A DNA stretch of 60,431 nt, counting the filler, from Dirinaria sp. TL-2023a (taxonomy: Eukaryota), in the NCBI GenBank assembly GCA_051941275.1. It is 3 parts of 3 records of this genome, joined end to end, with 100 filler letters (N's around TTAATTAATTAA, not from the genome) between each part and the next. Parts side by side here need not be neighbours in the genome. Positions count along the whole stretch, not along the records: positions 1 to 20,115 come from JAVEBF010000299.1; positions 20,216 to 40,305 come from JAVEBF010000300.1; 1 more part is not named here. One strand, given 5' to 3'. How positions within the stretch are numbered: position 1 is the stretch's first letter; every line of letters starts with the position of its first letter. A program made the translations under genes and the position numbers. The notes under the pieces are model-generated. The model worked only from the letters and a program-made list of their open reading frames with translations. It had not been told where the DNA came from and made no database searches. Of the stretch, positions 12,082 to 24,285 are shown one piece after another.

Positions 12082-13838
12082 CGCTGCTAAAATTGTACGA
12101 GAGAGCCGAAGACAAGGCCGAGGCTATGGTTTTGTTCAAGGCGGACAAGGATTCTGGAGTTCGAAGCCGACAAATGTTTCACTTTAGTTTCAATGATGTT
12201 AGACTTGCTGAGAATAGCAGAGCTTTTACATGATCATGCTCGATTAGTCGGACAGAAACTTCGTATGCGGGGGGTGTGCCTTACTACTGATGTCAAGAAA
12301 TGCTGGAGCAGTAATTCAGATTCGCTACAAAAGGAAATACCGTGCCTGAACCCGCTCACAAGTAAGGTTGGCGGGCAGTCATGCGTATAGAACAACCACG
12401 GAACTTGAGAATATAAGCAATTGAGAAGAGTTGGGCCTGGCACCGGGATAGTGCTGGCTATCCGGAACTGGCGGCCCCGACCAGCGAGAATGAGGCAAGC
12501 ACTCTTTCTCTCGGTGTCAGTGGGATGAGAATGCGAGGAAGGGATAGAAGGGTGGGAGGCCTCGTGGGCTCGTGGGGTTTTAGATGCGTGTAGCCGCAGG
12601 TGTGGGTGTGGGCAGCCGCAGTTGGTTCAGAAGACGCTGGATGATGCAGGCTCACGAAGTGAAGCCGGAGCATCAGCAGAGCCTTGCGGTGTAGGGAAAC
12701 GCAGGATGATGTAGCAGCACACATCCAAAGCAGTAGTTGCTGCCACATTTCGTGTCGGATGCGGCAGCTTCTGACCTTGCTGCACCTTAAAGTACATTAC
12801 TCCCTTAGGTACGCTGATGTGCACTTTTACTACTGTAACTACACTTCTATGCGACTCGAGCCATCCCACTCTGATACCCTGCTTACGTATGTACAGTAGG
12901 TAAGGTAGTGAGTGGGAGTGAACTTGGAACCTCCTTCTGCCCGACACGACCTCATCGCTAGTCGCTAATCCGTTTCCCCTAAGAAAGCATTATTTCCCCA
13001 GTATTGCGGAGAATTAATTGTCTGCTCATCGAATCACGGCTTCTAAGAATAAAGTAAAGTAAGATAGGACGGAACTACCTACCTTTACCGACTACCCCAG
13101 CTTACCACCGCTGCAAGGATGACATAACCACAGAAACCTTCGAGAAGACCCGGAAGGCTAAAGGGGAAGAAGATCGTCCAGGGCGGCTGTGTCGGGCTTA
13201 GCGACACTGCGACTCTGCGAGGCTGCGACAGCGACGCGGGAATAATAATACCTCAACCCGCGCGGGTCATATCCGATGCTATCAATCAACAGCCCTGCTC
13301 AGGTTCAAACCTACTGTACTTACTATACCTTACCTTACTTAGCACCTTGTTTTCAATAATAACGAGGTACGAGTACTTGTGATGTCCACTACCTGAACTT
13401 GTTCGGTCTCGAAGCATAAATGTACAGTACCAAGGTACCTTGCTTACCCGTCCCAGAGTACAAATACAAAGTCTTAAACAAAGACGGCGGATGCGGAACC
13501 TTTTCCCCCCTACCTCACATCAGAACTACGGTAAAGTCAGGTACTGACCTTAGGGTACCATAGCCGTTTACCCTTATCTACTAGTGGGTGTCAGATCCGA
13601 TCAGATGGCGGTGAAAGGCGGAATCCCAAGGCCGATGCTCCGGTCTCGGCTACCTACTCGCTTTCATCATAATGGCATCAAGTAATTTGCAGATTCCAAA
13701 AAACAAGACGATTCTTTAAAATCAATGGATTCAATTTGTCCTCGCACAGCGCTAGTTGAGACCTCTGATACCGACTAAACAATAATGCAGCGATAGCATC
13801 ATTTTCACCTCTGCAACTACGTCAGCCTCTTATAAACC

Positions 13839-16800
13839 ATGGCGGCCGTTCTTCCCGATCCAACCGCTGACCTGCATTGGTCGGATTACCGAGGCGCTAT
13901 ACACGAAATATTTGCAGAAAACACCAAGAAGCACCCAGACCGTCTTTGCATCGTAGAGACCGCAAGTGGCGTCTGTCCTCGACGAGAATTCACTTACAGT
14001 CACATTTTCGAGGCATCATGCCAGCTTGCACACAAGTTGACGGCCTCGGGTATAGAGCGGGGAGATGTGGTGATGATATACGCCCATCGTTCTGTCCATC
14101 TTGTTGTAGCCATATTCGTAAATGACAAACTCCAAATGCATTTTGCGAACCTAGCTCAATGGTTGATAGGGCATACTCATGTCGGGTGCCACCTTTTCTG
14201 TTTTGGATCCTCTTTACCCACCGGATCGCCAAGTCACTTACCTCGATGTCTCCAGACCAAGGGGAATCATTATTTTGCAACGTGCAATTGAGGAAGCTGG
14301 TCCACTGGCGCAGGTAGTGAATGACTTCATTGTCCAGGCTCTGGAATTAAGGGTCCAGATCCCAGCCTTGGAGCTGCAAAATGATGGTACACTGAGTGGA
14401 GGTACAGTCAACGGCAAAGACTGTCTTGAAGAGCAAGCTTCCTGTAAGACTTCCATGCCGGGTGTTTTGGTTGGTCCGGACTCCACGCCCACACTAAGCT
14501 TTACGTCTGGATCAGAGGGGAAGCCCAAGGGCGTCAAAGGGCGTCATTACTCGTTGGCTTACTACTTTGACTGGATGGCAGAACGATTTGGCTTAAGCGA
14601 AAATGATTCTTTCACCATGCTATCCGGTATCGCCCATGATCCCATTCAGCGGGACATTTTCACGCCTCTTTTCCTGGGTGCTCGTCTCCTGGTTCCTTCA
14701 AAGGAGAATATCCAGCATGAACAGCTCGCGGAATGGATGCGTGATGAAGGTCTGTCTCGCTAGTGCTTCAGCTTGCCCCGTTGTGTTGACACGGCTAAAG
14801 GCGCTACTGTCACGCATCTTACTCCGGCTATGGGGTAAGAACAAAGAATTCGATATGTACCCGAGGCTATGATTGACTTGATGTAGACAAATCTTAGTAG
14901 GTGGTGCGACGACTCAATTTCCGGCTCTCCATCACGCCTTCTTTGTTGGCGACATTCTTATCAAGCGGTAAGGCAAGAGTCGACTCTTACAGAATCGAAC
15001 TTAATCAATATCAGTGACTGTCGTCGGCTGCAAGACCTGGCCCCAAACGTCTTCATTGTCAACATGTACGGAACGACCGAAACCCAGCGAGCAGTCAGCT
15101 ATTATGAAATAAAAAGTCGATCGGAAAGCCCCAGCTTCTTGGACTCGCTTGGCGAAGTCATTCCAGCTGGACAAGGCATGAAACATGTTCAGCTATTGAT
15201 CGTTGATCGAGAGGATAAAACGAGACTTTGTGAAGTTGGTGAAACCGGTGAAATCTATGTAAGATCCTCGTCTTCGACGACTTAGTGTAGCGAGTGTTAA
15301 TGCTTGAAACCCAAGGTTCGAGCAGCTGGTCTCGCGGAAGGATATCTCGGCTCAGATGAACTCAATCGGGAGAAATTTGTCCAGAATTGGTTCGTCGATC
15401 CCAATAAGTGGTTTCAATTGGATGAAATAAACATGAAAGCTCAAGGGGACCGAGAGCCATGGCGGCAGTTCTACAAAGGGCCCCGTGATCGTATGTATAG
15501 AAGTGGTGATCTGGGCCGACGTGGTCCAGATGGCAACGTGGAGTGCACTGGCCGTGCAGATAATCAAGTTAAGATCAGAGGCTTCAGGATTGAACTTGGC
15601 GAAGTCGATAAATTCCTATCTTCTCATCCTCTTGTGCGTGAAAACGTGACTCTCTTGCGCAGGGATGCGTTCGAAGAGCCTACACTGGTCTCGTATATCG
15701 TACCCGAAATGAGCCGATGGATTCAATGGGTCCAGCCAAAGGCTAACAGCAAAGATCTCCTAGTCCCGCAAAGTGACCAAAGCATGGTTGGAATGCTGAA
15801 GGTAGGGCCCTGCCTGATCTATCATACTGGAGTCGAAGAGACTGATCCACGTAGCGTTTCCGATCCTTAACCATGGACGTCAAAGAGCATCTGAAGAAGA
15901 AATTACCAGCTTACGCCGTGCCTACGGTCTTCGTCCCACTCTATAGATTTCCTTTGAATCCCAACGGTAAATCTAAACTCGGTTCTATGGGTGCAGTCTC
16001 GCTGAGGTAGACATAGGAAAGGTAGATCGACCTGCACTACCATTTCCCGAACCATCTGAGCTAGCTGCTGCCGCTCCTAGGAGGACTTCGTTCAATTCAG
16101 CATCTCTCTCCTCCACAGAAAAAGCACTCGCCCAGATTTGGGCAGCTTTGATCAAAGGAATCGGTCTGGATTCTATCGATGCACAAGCTAATTTCTGGGA
16201 CCTCGGCGGACACTCAATAATAGCACAAAATATGCTAAGCACTGTGCGAAAACAATTCGAGGTCGATCTTCGCATGACAGCCATTTTCCAGTATCCAACG
16301 CTCCGTGGCCTGGCGACTGAGATTGAGCGTGCGCGAGACCCCATCGGCCTTCGTCTTGACGCCACAGCTGAGTCAGATGGCATGGCTCACCACGATGAGG
16401 ACTATGCTGCTGACGCGCACGAGCTGGCTCAGAACTTACCAGGCAGATTTCCGACTTTTGCACCCGAAGTCACTAATAAGCGGACCATCTTCCTCACCGG
16501 TGCTACAGGCTTCCTGGGTGCTTATATCCTTCGAGACTTGCTCCTTAGACCTCACACCAACGTAATTGCTTTAGTCCGTGCTGAAAATCCCAAGTCGGGC
16601 CTCCAGCGTGTTATCAGCACATGCACCGCTTATGGAATTTGGGTTGAGGCTTGGATTACGCGCATTACATGTGTATGCGGAGATCTCGCCAGCCCACGTT
16701 GCGGGTTACAGCCCCAAGTCTGGGAACGACTGGCAACCGATGTAGATGCTATAATCCATAACGGGGCTAAAGTACATTGGGTATACCCGTATTCGAGTCT

Positions 16801-17737
16801 CCGAAGTGCGAACGTACTCAGTACAGTGGCTCTACTAGATCTCTGCGCCACCGGTAAAGCGAAGCAGTTTGGGTTTGTCAGCTCTACCAGTGTTCTCGAC
16901 ACGCAGCATTACATACAAGCCTCTGATAGGATTGTAGCGTCTGGTGGTTCAGGCATTAGCGAGGAGGATAATCTTGACGGAAGCCGTAAAGGTCTTGGGA
17001 ACGGCTACGGTCAGTCCAAATGGGCCAGCGAGTATATCGTAAGAAAGGCGGCAACCCGAAGCCTCTCTGCGGTCATCATACGCCCAGGATATGTGCTCGG
17101 TGACCCAGAGATTGGGACCACCATCACCGATGACTTCCTAGTTCGTTTCTTAAAGGGCTGCGTCCAGCTCAAAGCGCGGCCACAAATTGAAAATACAATT
17201 AACCAAGTGCCATGCACGCACGTTGCCCGTGTCGTAGCTGCAGCAACACTGAACTCGCAACACGCACCACTACTAGTGGCTCAGGTCACCAGCCATCCCC
17301 GTCTGACATTCCGATCCTTTGCTAGCTGCCTAGAAACATACGGATACAGCGTGCCCGAAGTTTCCTATGAAGATTGGAGGCAGAGAATGGAGCAGTATGT
17401 GGATCAGGTCGACAGTGAACTGGAAGAGCACGCGCTGCTCCCACTGTATGACATGGCGACCTCGGATCTACCGACACACACCAAAGCCCCCGAATTAGAC
17501 GACAGCAACGCGGCTACTCTTCTCGGCATAGACGCTCAGGTCACTGGTGAAGATCTGTCAGCCGGTGCTGCTGTTACGGAGAACACGGTTGGAGTGTACC
17601 TGTCATTTCTGGTCGCCATAGGTTTTCTATCGCCGCCGGACCGGAAAGATGGCAGGCCGTTACCGAATCTGGAACTTAATACAGCACGGCAAGAGGCTTT
17701 AGCAAGTATCGAAGGCCGTGGCGGTAGACGTCCATGA
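13839..17737 (+). CDS. LYS2: L-2-aminoadipate reductase (A-T-R NRPS-like), 8 exons
   Basis: [55 protein letters not shown] and [13 protein letters not shown]; carrier-domain FWDLGGHS; reductase [11 protein letters not shown] and GYGQSKW. Introns ~14118-14169, 14750-14800, 14836-14886, 14968-15014, 15259-15315, 15802-15854 and 15967-16016. Confidence 0.95.
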
Positions 17738-18703
17738 TAACCGTCGATTATCTCCATAAAGGAGACGCGGATGATTTATAGTGCAAATGAGAAAGCGGCC
17801 CTGTTCCGAGAAAGGAACGTGCATTATCTTAGTGATGATAGAAGATCTCAAATAGCCTACTTTAATCGAGGATTACTAGTCTACGTACCAATACCACTTC
17901 CGCTTCGAGTTAGAGTCAATAAAGTACCTTACCTCTTATCCCGCTAGCTCAAGCTCCATGGATTTACAGTCAAAGCCTACTGGGTCCGTTTTGCGCATAT
18001 CCAGGCCTAATTAATAGACATGCAGTCATGTTTATCGTAGAATAAGAGTACAAGCTCTGTACATGTTTTCCTTCTCCCCCCAATTTAAAAGCCTCCCTGA
18101 TTCCACGGAAATCGAATAGCAGCGAGCAATCCACTCTCCCTAAAAGTGCAGTCTTGAACCAGCGATGACCTACCTTACCCAATTTCCAATATAAAGCACA
18201 TTTTAGCTACTGAAGGCAATCCCTTCTCTAAATCTACGAAGAGCGTCAAATAGGTGCTAAAATTTCTCGGATGAGATGAAATTCGCGTTCATTAGCGAGC
18301 GAATGGACAATTCTTGAAGTATGTAAAGGCTGACATTGTCGAAAAACCGTTTCTTAAAAGACTATGATTGTATGTTGAGAAAAGTGGAGTGATCGGTACT
18401 TGTTTTGTACTCGGGATCGTTTGTAGTAGCCTGTAGAGGAGCTTGGAATTCTGGGATGTGTTGGCAGTATAGGGGTAATTCAAGGCGGAAGAAGTATTGT
18501 GGCTTGAGATTATTCATTTAAGATTTCTTGAGATAAGGTAAATTACCTTACTGAGTGCCATTGTGGGTGGTGACCCGAAACCTGAAGGAGTGGCAAATAG
18601 GGTTTAAGTAGCTTAGCCCTTATCAGATGTCAATGAATATAGTCTCCGATTGGCGGAATTCAAGTTCAATATCAAATTGAGCTCTTAAGTAAAATTCAAG
18701 AGC

Positions 18704-20115
18704 ATGTCAAAGCGAAAAGCGCCCAAGAGTTGGGCCGAACAGCTAGCCGATCTCGACGACCCTACACCTCGAGGTTTGATATACAGGATACAATGCATCG
18801 ATGAAGCTAATATTCCACAGACATAGATCCAGAAGATGTCGCTAGCGCATCCGACGAGGCGAATGGTCTGAGCTCTGCAGGTAGTGATGCCGAATCGAAC
18901 AAGGCGCGGGAGCATTATGTTGGGGTTGGGTACGCTGTCTTCCCGCTCGTGCACCTTAAAACCCATGCTAAGATGCGATTAGAAAGAGCAAGTTGCGCAA
19001 GCCCGAGCAGATTTTCCTCGGGCCAGAGTACGTTGGGTCAAGCATAGGTCGGGATACACTCGAGGCAGACGATACAGATGATGATCCTTTCCGGAAAAGA
19101 GGGAGCGAGAGCGCGAGCGACAGCTCCAGATCCGATGGAGAGAATGACGATATCTCGGATGTGGTTATGAAGGAGCAAGCAGTCAATGATGAGAACGCGC
19201 TTGACGGTTTTAGAGCTTCCAGAGGCGGATTCGAAGAGGAATTCCAAAGTTTCTCCACGAGTAGAAGTAATTCGGAAGCGGAGAAGGAGTCAACTTCCGT
19301 TTCAAGCGAAAATGATTTGGAACTTGCAGAGAATACAAACGACAGCACTGGCAAGGATGGTCCACTGGAGCCTGTACCGATAACATCTACGAGTATGGCA
19401 GACACAGAATCAGATGATGAAGATGCCGAAATGGAAGATGGGGATCCCATGGGTTCAGATGCTAGCTCTACCTCGTCGAGCACTCCATCCAGCCTCGTCA
19501 GCTCCAAATCAAAGCAACAGTCCGAGCGCGCCCAGTTACGGAAAATGATGGCCGAATCCCAGAAGACCGCTCTCTCCAATATCTCCGCTGCTGCGAAAGC
19601 AGACGCCGCCAAAGGCCAAGCCATCAAGCACCAGCGCTCCATCTTCGACAGCCTCCTGAACACTCGGATCAAGCTTCAGAAAGCACTTATCGCCGCGAAC
19701 TCGCTACAATGCTGCTCCTCACCCACTGCATCCTCCGACGAAGCCCAAGCAACCATCCGCTCCGCCGAACAAGCTGCGCTGGACCTATGGAACACCCTCG
19801 ACTCCCTCCTCACCACTTTACACCCTTCCACCACCAGCTCTACAGTAGCCCCTTCCCCAGCAACGAGCCAAACCCCTACCTCCGCCATCTGGACCAGAAC
19901 CAACGACCACACCACGACCCTCCGACCACAGCACCGCGCAATCCTAACAAAATGGTCCAACAAAGTCCACCAACCCGCCCTCGCGCCACGAAACAAATTC
20001 TCCCAACAACCAACCCATCAGCAACCCCTGACCTCCATGCTAGACCACCACCTGCAGGGCAGCAACGCCGCGAAACTGCTCGCGAGAACCCGCATCCCAC
20101 GCTCCTGCGCACCGG
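18704..20115 (+). CDS. BFR2: BFR2/AATF rRNA-processing protein, 3' end lost at assembly gap
   Basis: MSKRKAPKSWAEQLADLDDPTPR, 'REHYVGV|KSKLRK', an acidic region, 'KADAAKGQAIKHQRSIFDSLLNTRIKLQKAL', 'LTKWSNKV' and 'RTRIPRSCAP'. Two 5' introns. Confidence 0.9.
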
Positions 20116-20215
20116 NNNNNNNNNNNNNNNNNNNNNNNNNNNNNNNNNNNNNNNNNNNNTTAATTAATTAANNNNNNNNNNNNNNNNNNNNNNNNNNNNN
20201 NNNNNNNNNNNNNNN
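20116..20215. other. artificial contig linker N44-TTAATTAATTAA-N44
   Basis: A 12-mer giving stop codons in all six frames, flanked symmetrically by Ns; identical copy at 40306. Confidence 0.97.
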
Positions 20216-21103
20216 GGACGTGTTGGCCTGTTGAGGAGTTGGGGAGGCAGGCGTCGTTTGCGCCGAAGAAGATTAGCTGTTTTTTCGATTGGTTTTTTTA
20301 GTGAAGGTTTGGAAGGGGGAGAGTTGAGGGATTTTTTTTTCTTTTTGGGGAGAGAAGGTTGTGTGGGATGGGAATGCAGGAGATTCTCATAGGAGGGAGG
20401 GAGGAGGTATTACCATGAAGCGAATGCGAGCTTGGGAGGGTTTGGGCAGGAATGAAGGGAGGACGTTGAGCGCTTGCGTGCTGTTATACCCGCTGTGCGT
20501 AACTTGTTAGATTCTTGCTCTTGCGGCAAACGAAGAATTTGGGGGGGGAGGGGTTTTTTACCTGAAGCCCCGGTTTATAACGTCGAGGCGTCGGATGAAT
20601 GCTTGATGTGGTATGATGTTAGTTAGGAGGTGTGATGCGGAGACAAAGAGAGGGAGAGACTGATGCTTTGTGAAGAGATGAAGATGGACTTTCAACAATA
20701 TCAAGGAGAACGGTGTAAAATAGTTGAGATAGGAAACTTGAATGTTCGGAGATAGATATTCATCATGACCAAAAGGAAAACGAGGAATCATTTGATTTAA
20801 GACATGCCTGCGGCTTCTGCGCATTTAAGGACTCGAAAGCAGCCTGGAAGAAAAGAAAAGAACGAGAAAAGCAATGAAACTAGCAGCAAAGTACATCCAT
20901 ACCACCACACACAGGTTTCTGCAGCAATAGAGAAGAAAAGGGTGCTTACCGTCCTGTAAAGCGGGCTGGAAGGCGAACCCCAATTCCTGGGAGCATGCTT
21001 GCTGCGTGATGGAGTCGCCGAAAAGGATGAATTGATCATAGGGGCCCTTTTCCACCGTAGCATCAGCGTCGGCAGTGGCAGGTTCCTCGGCGATTTCCGT
21101 CAT
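20216..21103 (-). CDS. IAH1: SGNH/GDSL isoamyl acetate-hydrolysing esterase, 3' end lost at gap
   Basis: YDQFILFGDSITQ | AFIRRLDVINRGF | SGYNSTQAL | LIFFGANDACLP (SGNH blocks I-III). Three introns; the first is 20602-20949. Confidence 0.88.
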
Positions 21104-21588
21104 GGTTATGGGTTTTTTTGGTATTATCATTCTTTTTGTTTGTTTAGGTAGATTGATGCATGTTGGATGTGACTAGAAGTTATGGTTGGGTAAGGTGACT
21201 GCTAATTTGTCCTGTCCTGAGGATGATGTACGAAATAGGATTAGCGTAGCCCCCGAAGGCTCGTCTAGTAAATGAAATCGTACGCTTTGAAGGCGGAAGG
21301 AAAGTTCCGATTATAATAATTGTGCTGTTACTCTAGGATATGTTCAAGCAATATGATCCTAGTATTATATAAGTTGTAGGCATCGAATGTTCTTTCAGTC
21401 TTCATTCATTATCATGGCTCCCAGTTAATGTTCTACCTACCTATTTTCGTGTGGTGGTGTGGATCTTCTTCAATTGCCCCCATTGCTTGAGTTGGAAAGC
21501 TACACTATGATTACGTACAAGACTGCACTAACTTTACTATGCCAATAACTTCCAATCACGCGCTCAAGCTCGTCCGATAACCGCTCAA

Positions 21589-22497
21589 TTACGCAGTAAC
21601 CCCGGTGGCAGCAGAGATGAAACTCGCAGCATCAGAGGCATTGTTTCCGTACGAGAGGTGAGCCGGAGTGATGGCGAAGGTACGAGGGGTGCCACAGACG
21701 CCGTCGCCATTGGCGCAGTACTCCTTGAGCTTTGACGCAGGTACATTGGCGACAGACTGACCATTCTGTGGGTCGCCGAAGATAACAGCTGCAAGAATAA
21801 ACCCGTATCAGCGTATGTTGAACACTATGCTGTAAAGAAAAGTATGATCACTGGATTGGGAAAAGTTTGGTGGAATGGGAAGGCGAAGGTGCTTACCTGC
21901 AGCAGGAGGAGTAGAAGCGAGCGACGATGCGGATTTGTGTACCACGAAACCACCCTGTGAATATCCTGAAAGGACAATCTTCGTATTTGGGCACTGCTGC
22001 AGGGCTTGTTGGACCAGGGAGGTCATCACAGATCCACCATTGCCGCCTTGGTTGGCGTTGCCCTATGATACCAGATTAGAGCGATGCTATTCTCGGGGTG
22101 TTTAACGTCTCACAGCAGCATTGGCCGCATACGGCACGCCCTGAAAAGCAACCTTGCTGCTGCCGACCTTGGATTGCAACGCCTTCAGCAAAGGAGGCCC
22201 AACGACGGAGCCGATATTGCCGGGTTCACCCGTGCCGCGGGCGAAAATCACAGTGATGTCCTTGCAGGCAGCATTGTTGGTCACGTCGTTGGCCGTGCTG
22301 GAACCACTGCTTGGGAAAGAGCCGGTGCTACCGCCTGTGCTTCCGCCAGTAGATCCTCCCCCGGTTGGGAAGCCTGGGAAGGAGGGGAGATTGGAAGGGA
22401 AGGAAAATTGGGGAGACCGTTTGGTTGGTGGATTGGGGTTGGGGACTGCGATAGCGCCTGCGGCCAGCGCAAGGAAGAACGTATTGGAAAAGAGCAT
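21589..22497 (-). CDS. secreted cutinase (CE5), 3 exons
   Basis: Signal peptide, Gly/Ser-rich linker, CKDITVIFARGTGEPGNIG, nucleophile GYSQG, IFGDP and CANGDGVC...AHLSY. Confidence 0.93.
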
Positions 22498-22633
22498 GTT
22501 GACCCGTTACTGATCAAAATACTGAACGATGGAAGATGATACGAATATAAAGCACAAGCCGGTGGGTGAACAGGTTGGAACAGTCACAAGCTCTGATGAC
22601 CAGGGAGTCGACACCATGTTGAGGGAGTCCTGC

Positions 22634-22641
22634 TTTATATA
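22634..22641 (-). promoter_or_regulatory. TATA box of the cutinase gene
   Basis: TATATAAA on the minus strand ~140 bp upstream of ATG 22497. Confidence 0.55.
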
Positions 22642-23164
22642 CACGGTTCTTCGTCCTTAGATTGAACCTGGCATTGATAGTGGAAGCTATCCTAAGGAGC
22701 TTCGACTAGGGCAAGATTTGACAGTGCGTTTAGCTGCGATTCTAAGGCCTCGACGCTAGAATGGTTTATTAACGGTCGACATAATGGTCGGGCCTTGACA
22801 TTAAGTGCATCGGCACAAACTGCTGTTTCAGCCTATTGGGAGCCAACAAATTGAAGCATCTCCTTCAAGTTCTTTAATCTCGAGCCGTCACAGAACCATG
22901 TGTGCTCGGTGCCCTAATCTTGCAAAGGCCGTGCAGCTGCTGGCCGGCATTCGCAATAGGAGTATGCACGTCTTTGATGCTTCTTGCACGGGCCTCCTTC
23001 AAGTCCAAGAAGAAGTGCATCAACAGTCCTGAACCCTAGCAATGGAGATACAACTGTAGTCAGATTGCGAAACATGTGGATAGAATTCGATGGCTGCTTG
23101 GCTTGAATTTAGCGAAGCAACGGCGCCGGCAGTTGTTAACCTAAGATTCCCTAACGACTTTCAA

Positions 23165-23170
23165 CCTCGG
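23165..23170. promoter_or_regulatory. candidate FarA/CTF1 site CCTCGG upstream of the cutinase
   Basis: Exact CCTCGG ~670 bp upstream of the cutinase ATG. A single hexamer, so it could be chance. Confidence 0.35.
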
Positions 23171-24285
23171 GTACCATAGACAAGCTTGATTTTACCCCTG
23201 AATAAGATTGCAGTAGCGGTACTGTAGTCCTTCAAGGCATCCGTGTGACCTGAGACAAACATTGCGATCGAGGAGCTAGGACCACTGGAGATCGACCTCA
23301 GAGGCTCAGGGGCCTTTCCGACTGGCGGGCTTAATCAAATAAAGCAAGCTCCAAGGTAGTATTGTTTGCTGCCCTAGTCGAGGCTCTCTCACAACGGCTT
23401 TTAGGTACTCCTAGCGGCCTAATTCATGGAGGATTGGCAGGTGAACCATGAGAACGTTGACTCTGATCACATTCTTCCTTGGCAACGACGGAAAATTTCA
23501 ACTGTTATTCCAAAGCTGCACAAGCCGAGCACTATTGCCTCTGGTCCTATAAGGACAATCAGTAGACCGGAACGTAGCTGTGATAAATTTTTGGAAGCAA
23601 TGGTAATCTGATCTGTTTTGGGCAAGATCCAAGATAGATTCCAAGAACCTATTGTACAAGATTGCCGAAGTGCATCTGTTGGTAGCAAGAGCTACTGTAA
23701 ACCATTGCCAATAGAGCCGCAGGTTGTTCTTGAGAGAATTTCACACAAGCTTCAAAAGGATTTGCTTCCCTTGCACGTGTTGCTTGCTTTTTGTGATTCG
23801 AGCGTCAAGATCCACTTCAAAACACTCCGCGGGCGACAACCGAAAGTTGAAAAGGCGATTGGCTGACTTAGGACCTGCTAGGCGCTCCGGAATATGCCTT
23901 CTGCTGTCCTGCTTTCCGACCAACTTTGTATGGGTCTGAAGCTACAGTAGTGTGCCCCGTTGACAGTCCTACTCGTAGCGTGTGGGGTGTTCTTGCTCAA
24001 AGCCCTAGGTGCTCTAATTGGGAGTGCTAGATCGACTGCGAGATGCTTAATGACCTAGACGTACTTTCTTTACGTAGGCCAGCTAGCTCCGGCTTCGTCG
24101 AGCAAGTCGCAGTCCCAAAATTATGTAATTGAGACGAACGAGGCCGCTGGAGTTGAGATGAAGTGCTTATTGCTCGTTTGTCGCTGTGATTGCGTCAATG
24201 TTGGACGGTAGCATTTCTCCCATCTGCGAGTTTCATGACAAAGTCTGTCAATGGAGGATTGTGTAGTCATTACTTGTCTGTATCG

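Noticed and set aside
13839..17737. NRPS-like secondary-metabolite cluster
   Set aside because: The A-T-R enzyme has Lys2-specific motifs and its neighbours are housekeeping genes.
18258..18288. RRPE/PAC-like motifs upstream of BFR2
   Set aside because: Imperfect matches ~430 bp upstream; not distinguishable from chance.
20160..20171. TTAATTAATTAA palindrome repeated 20 kb apart
   Set aside because: Assembly linker inside N runs, not biology; the 'LIN' ORF endings are artefacts.
20690..20770. Box C/D snoRNA in the IAH1 intron
   Set aside because: Box C-like ATGATGA is present but there is no CTGA box D and no recognisable guide.
22800..24250. Short ORFs between the cutinase and the 488-aa gene (likewise 30700-31700)
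   Set aside because: No recognisable motifs or consistent splice model.
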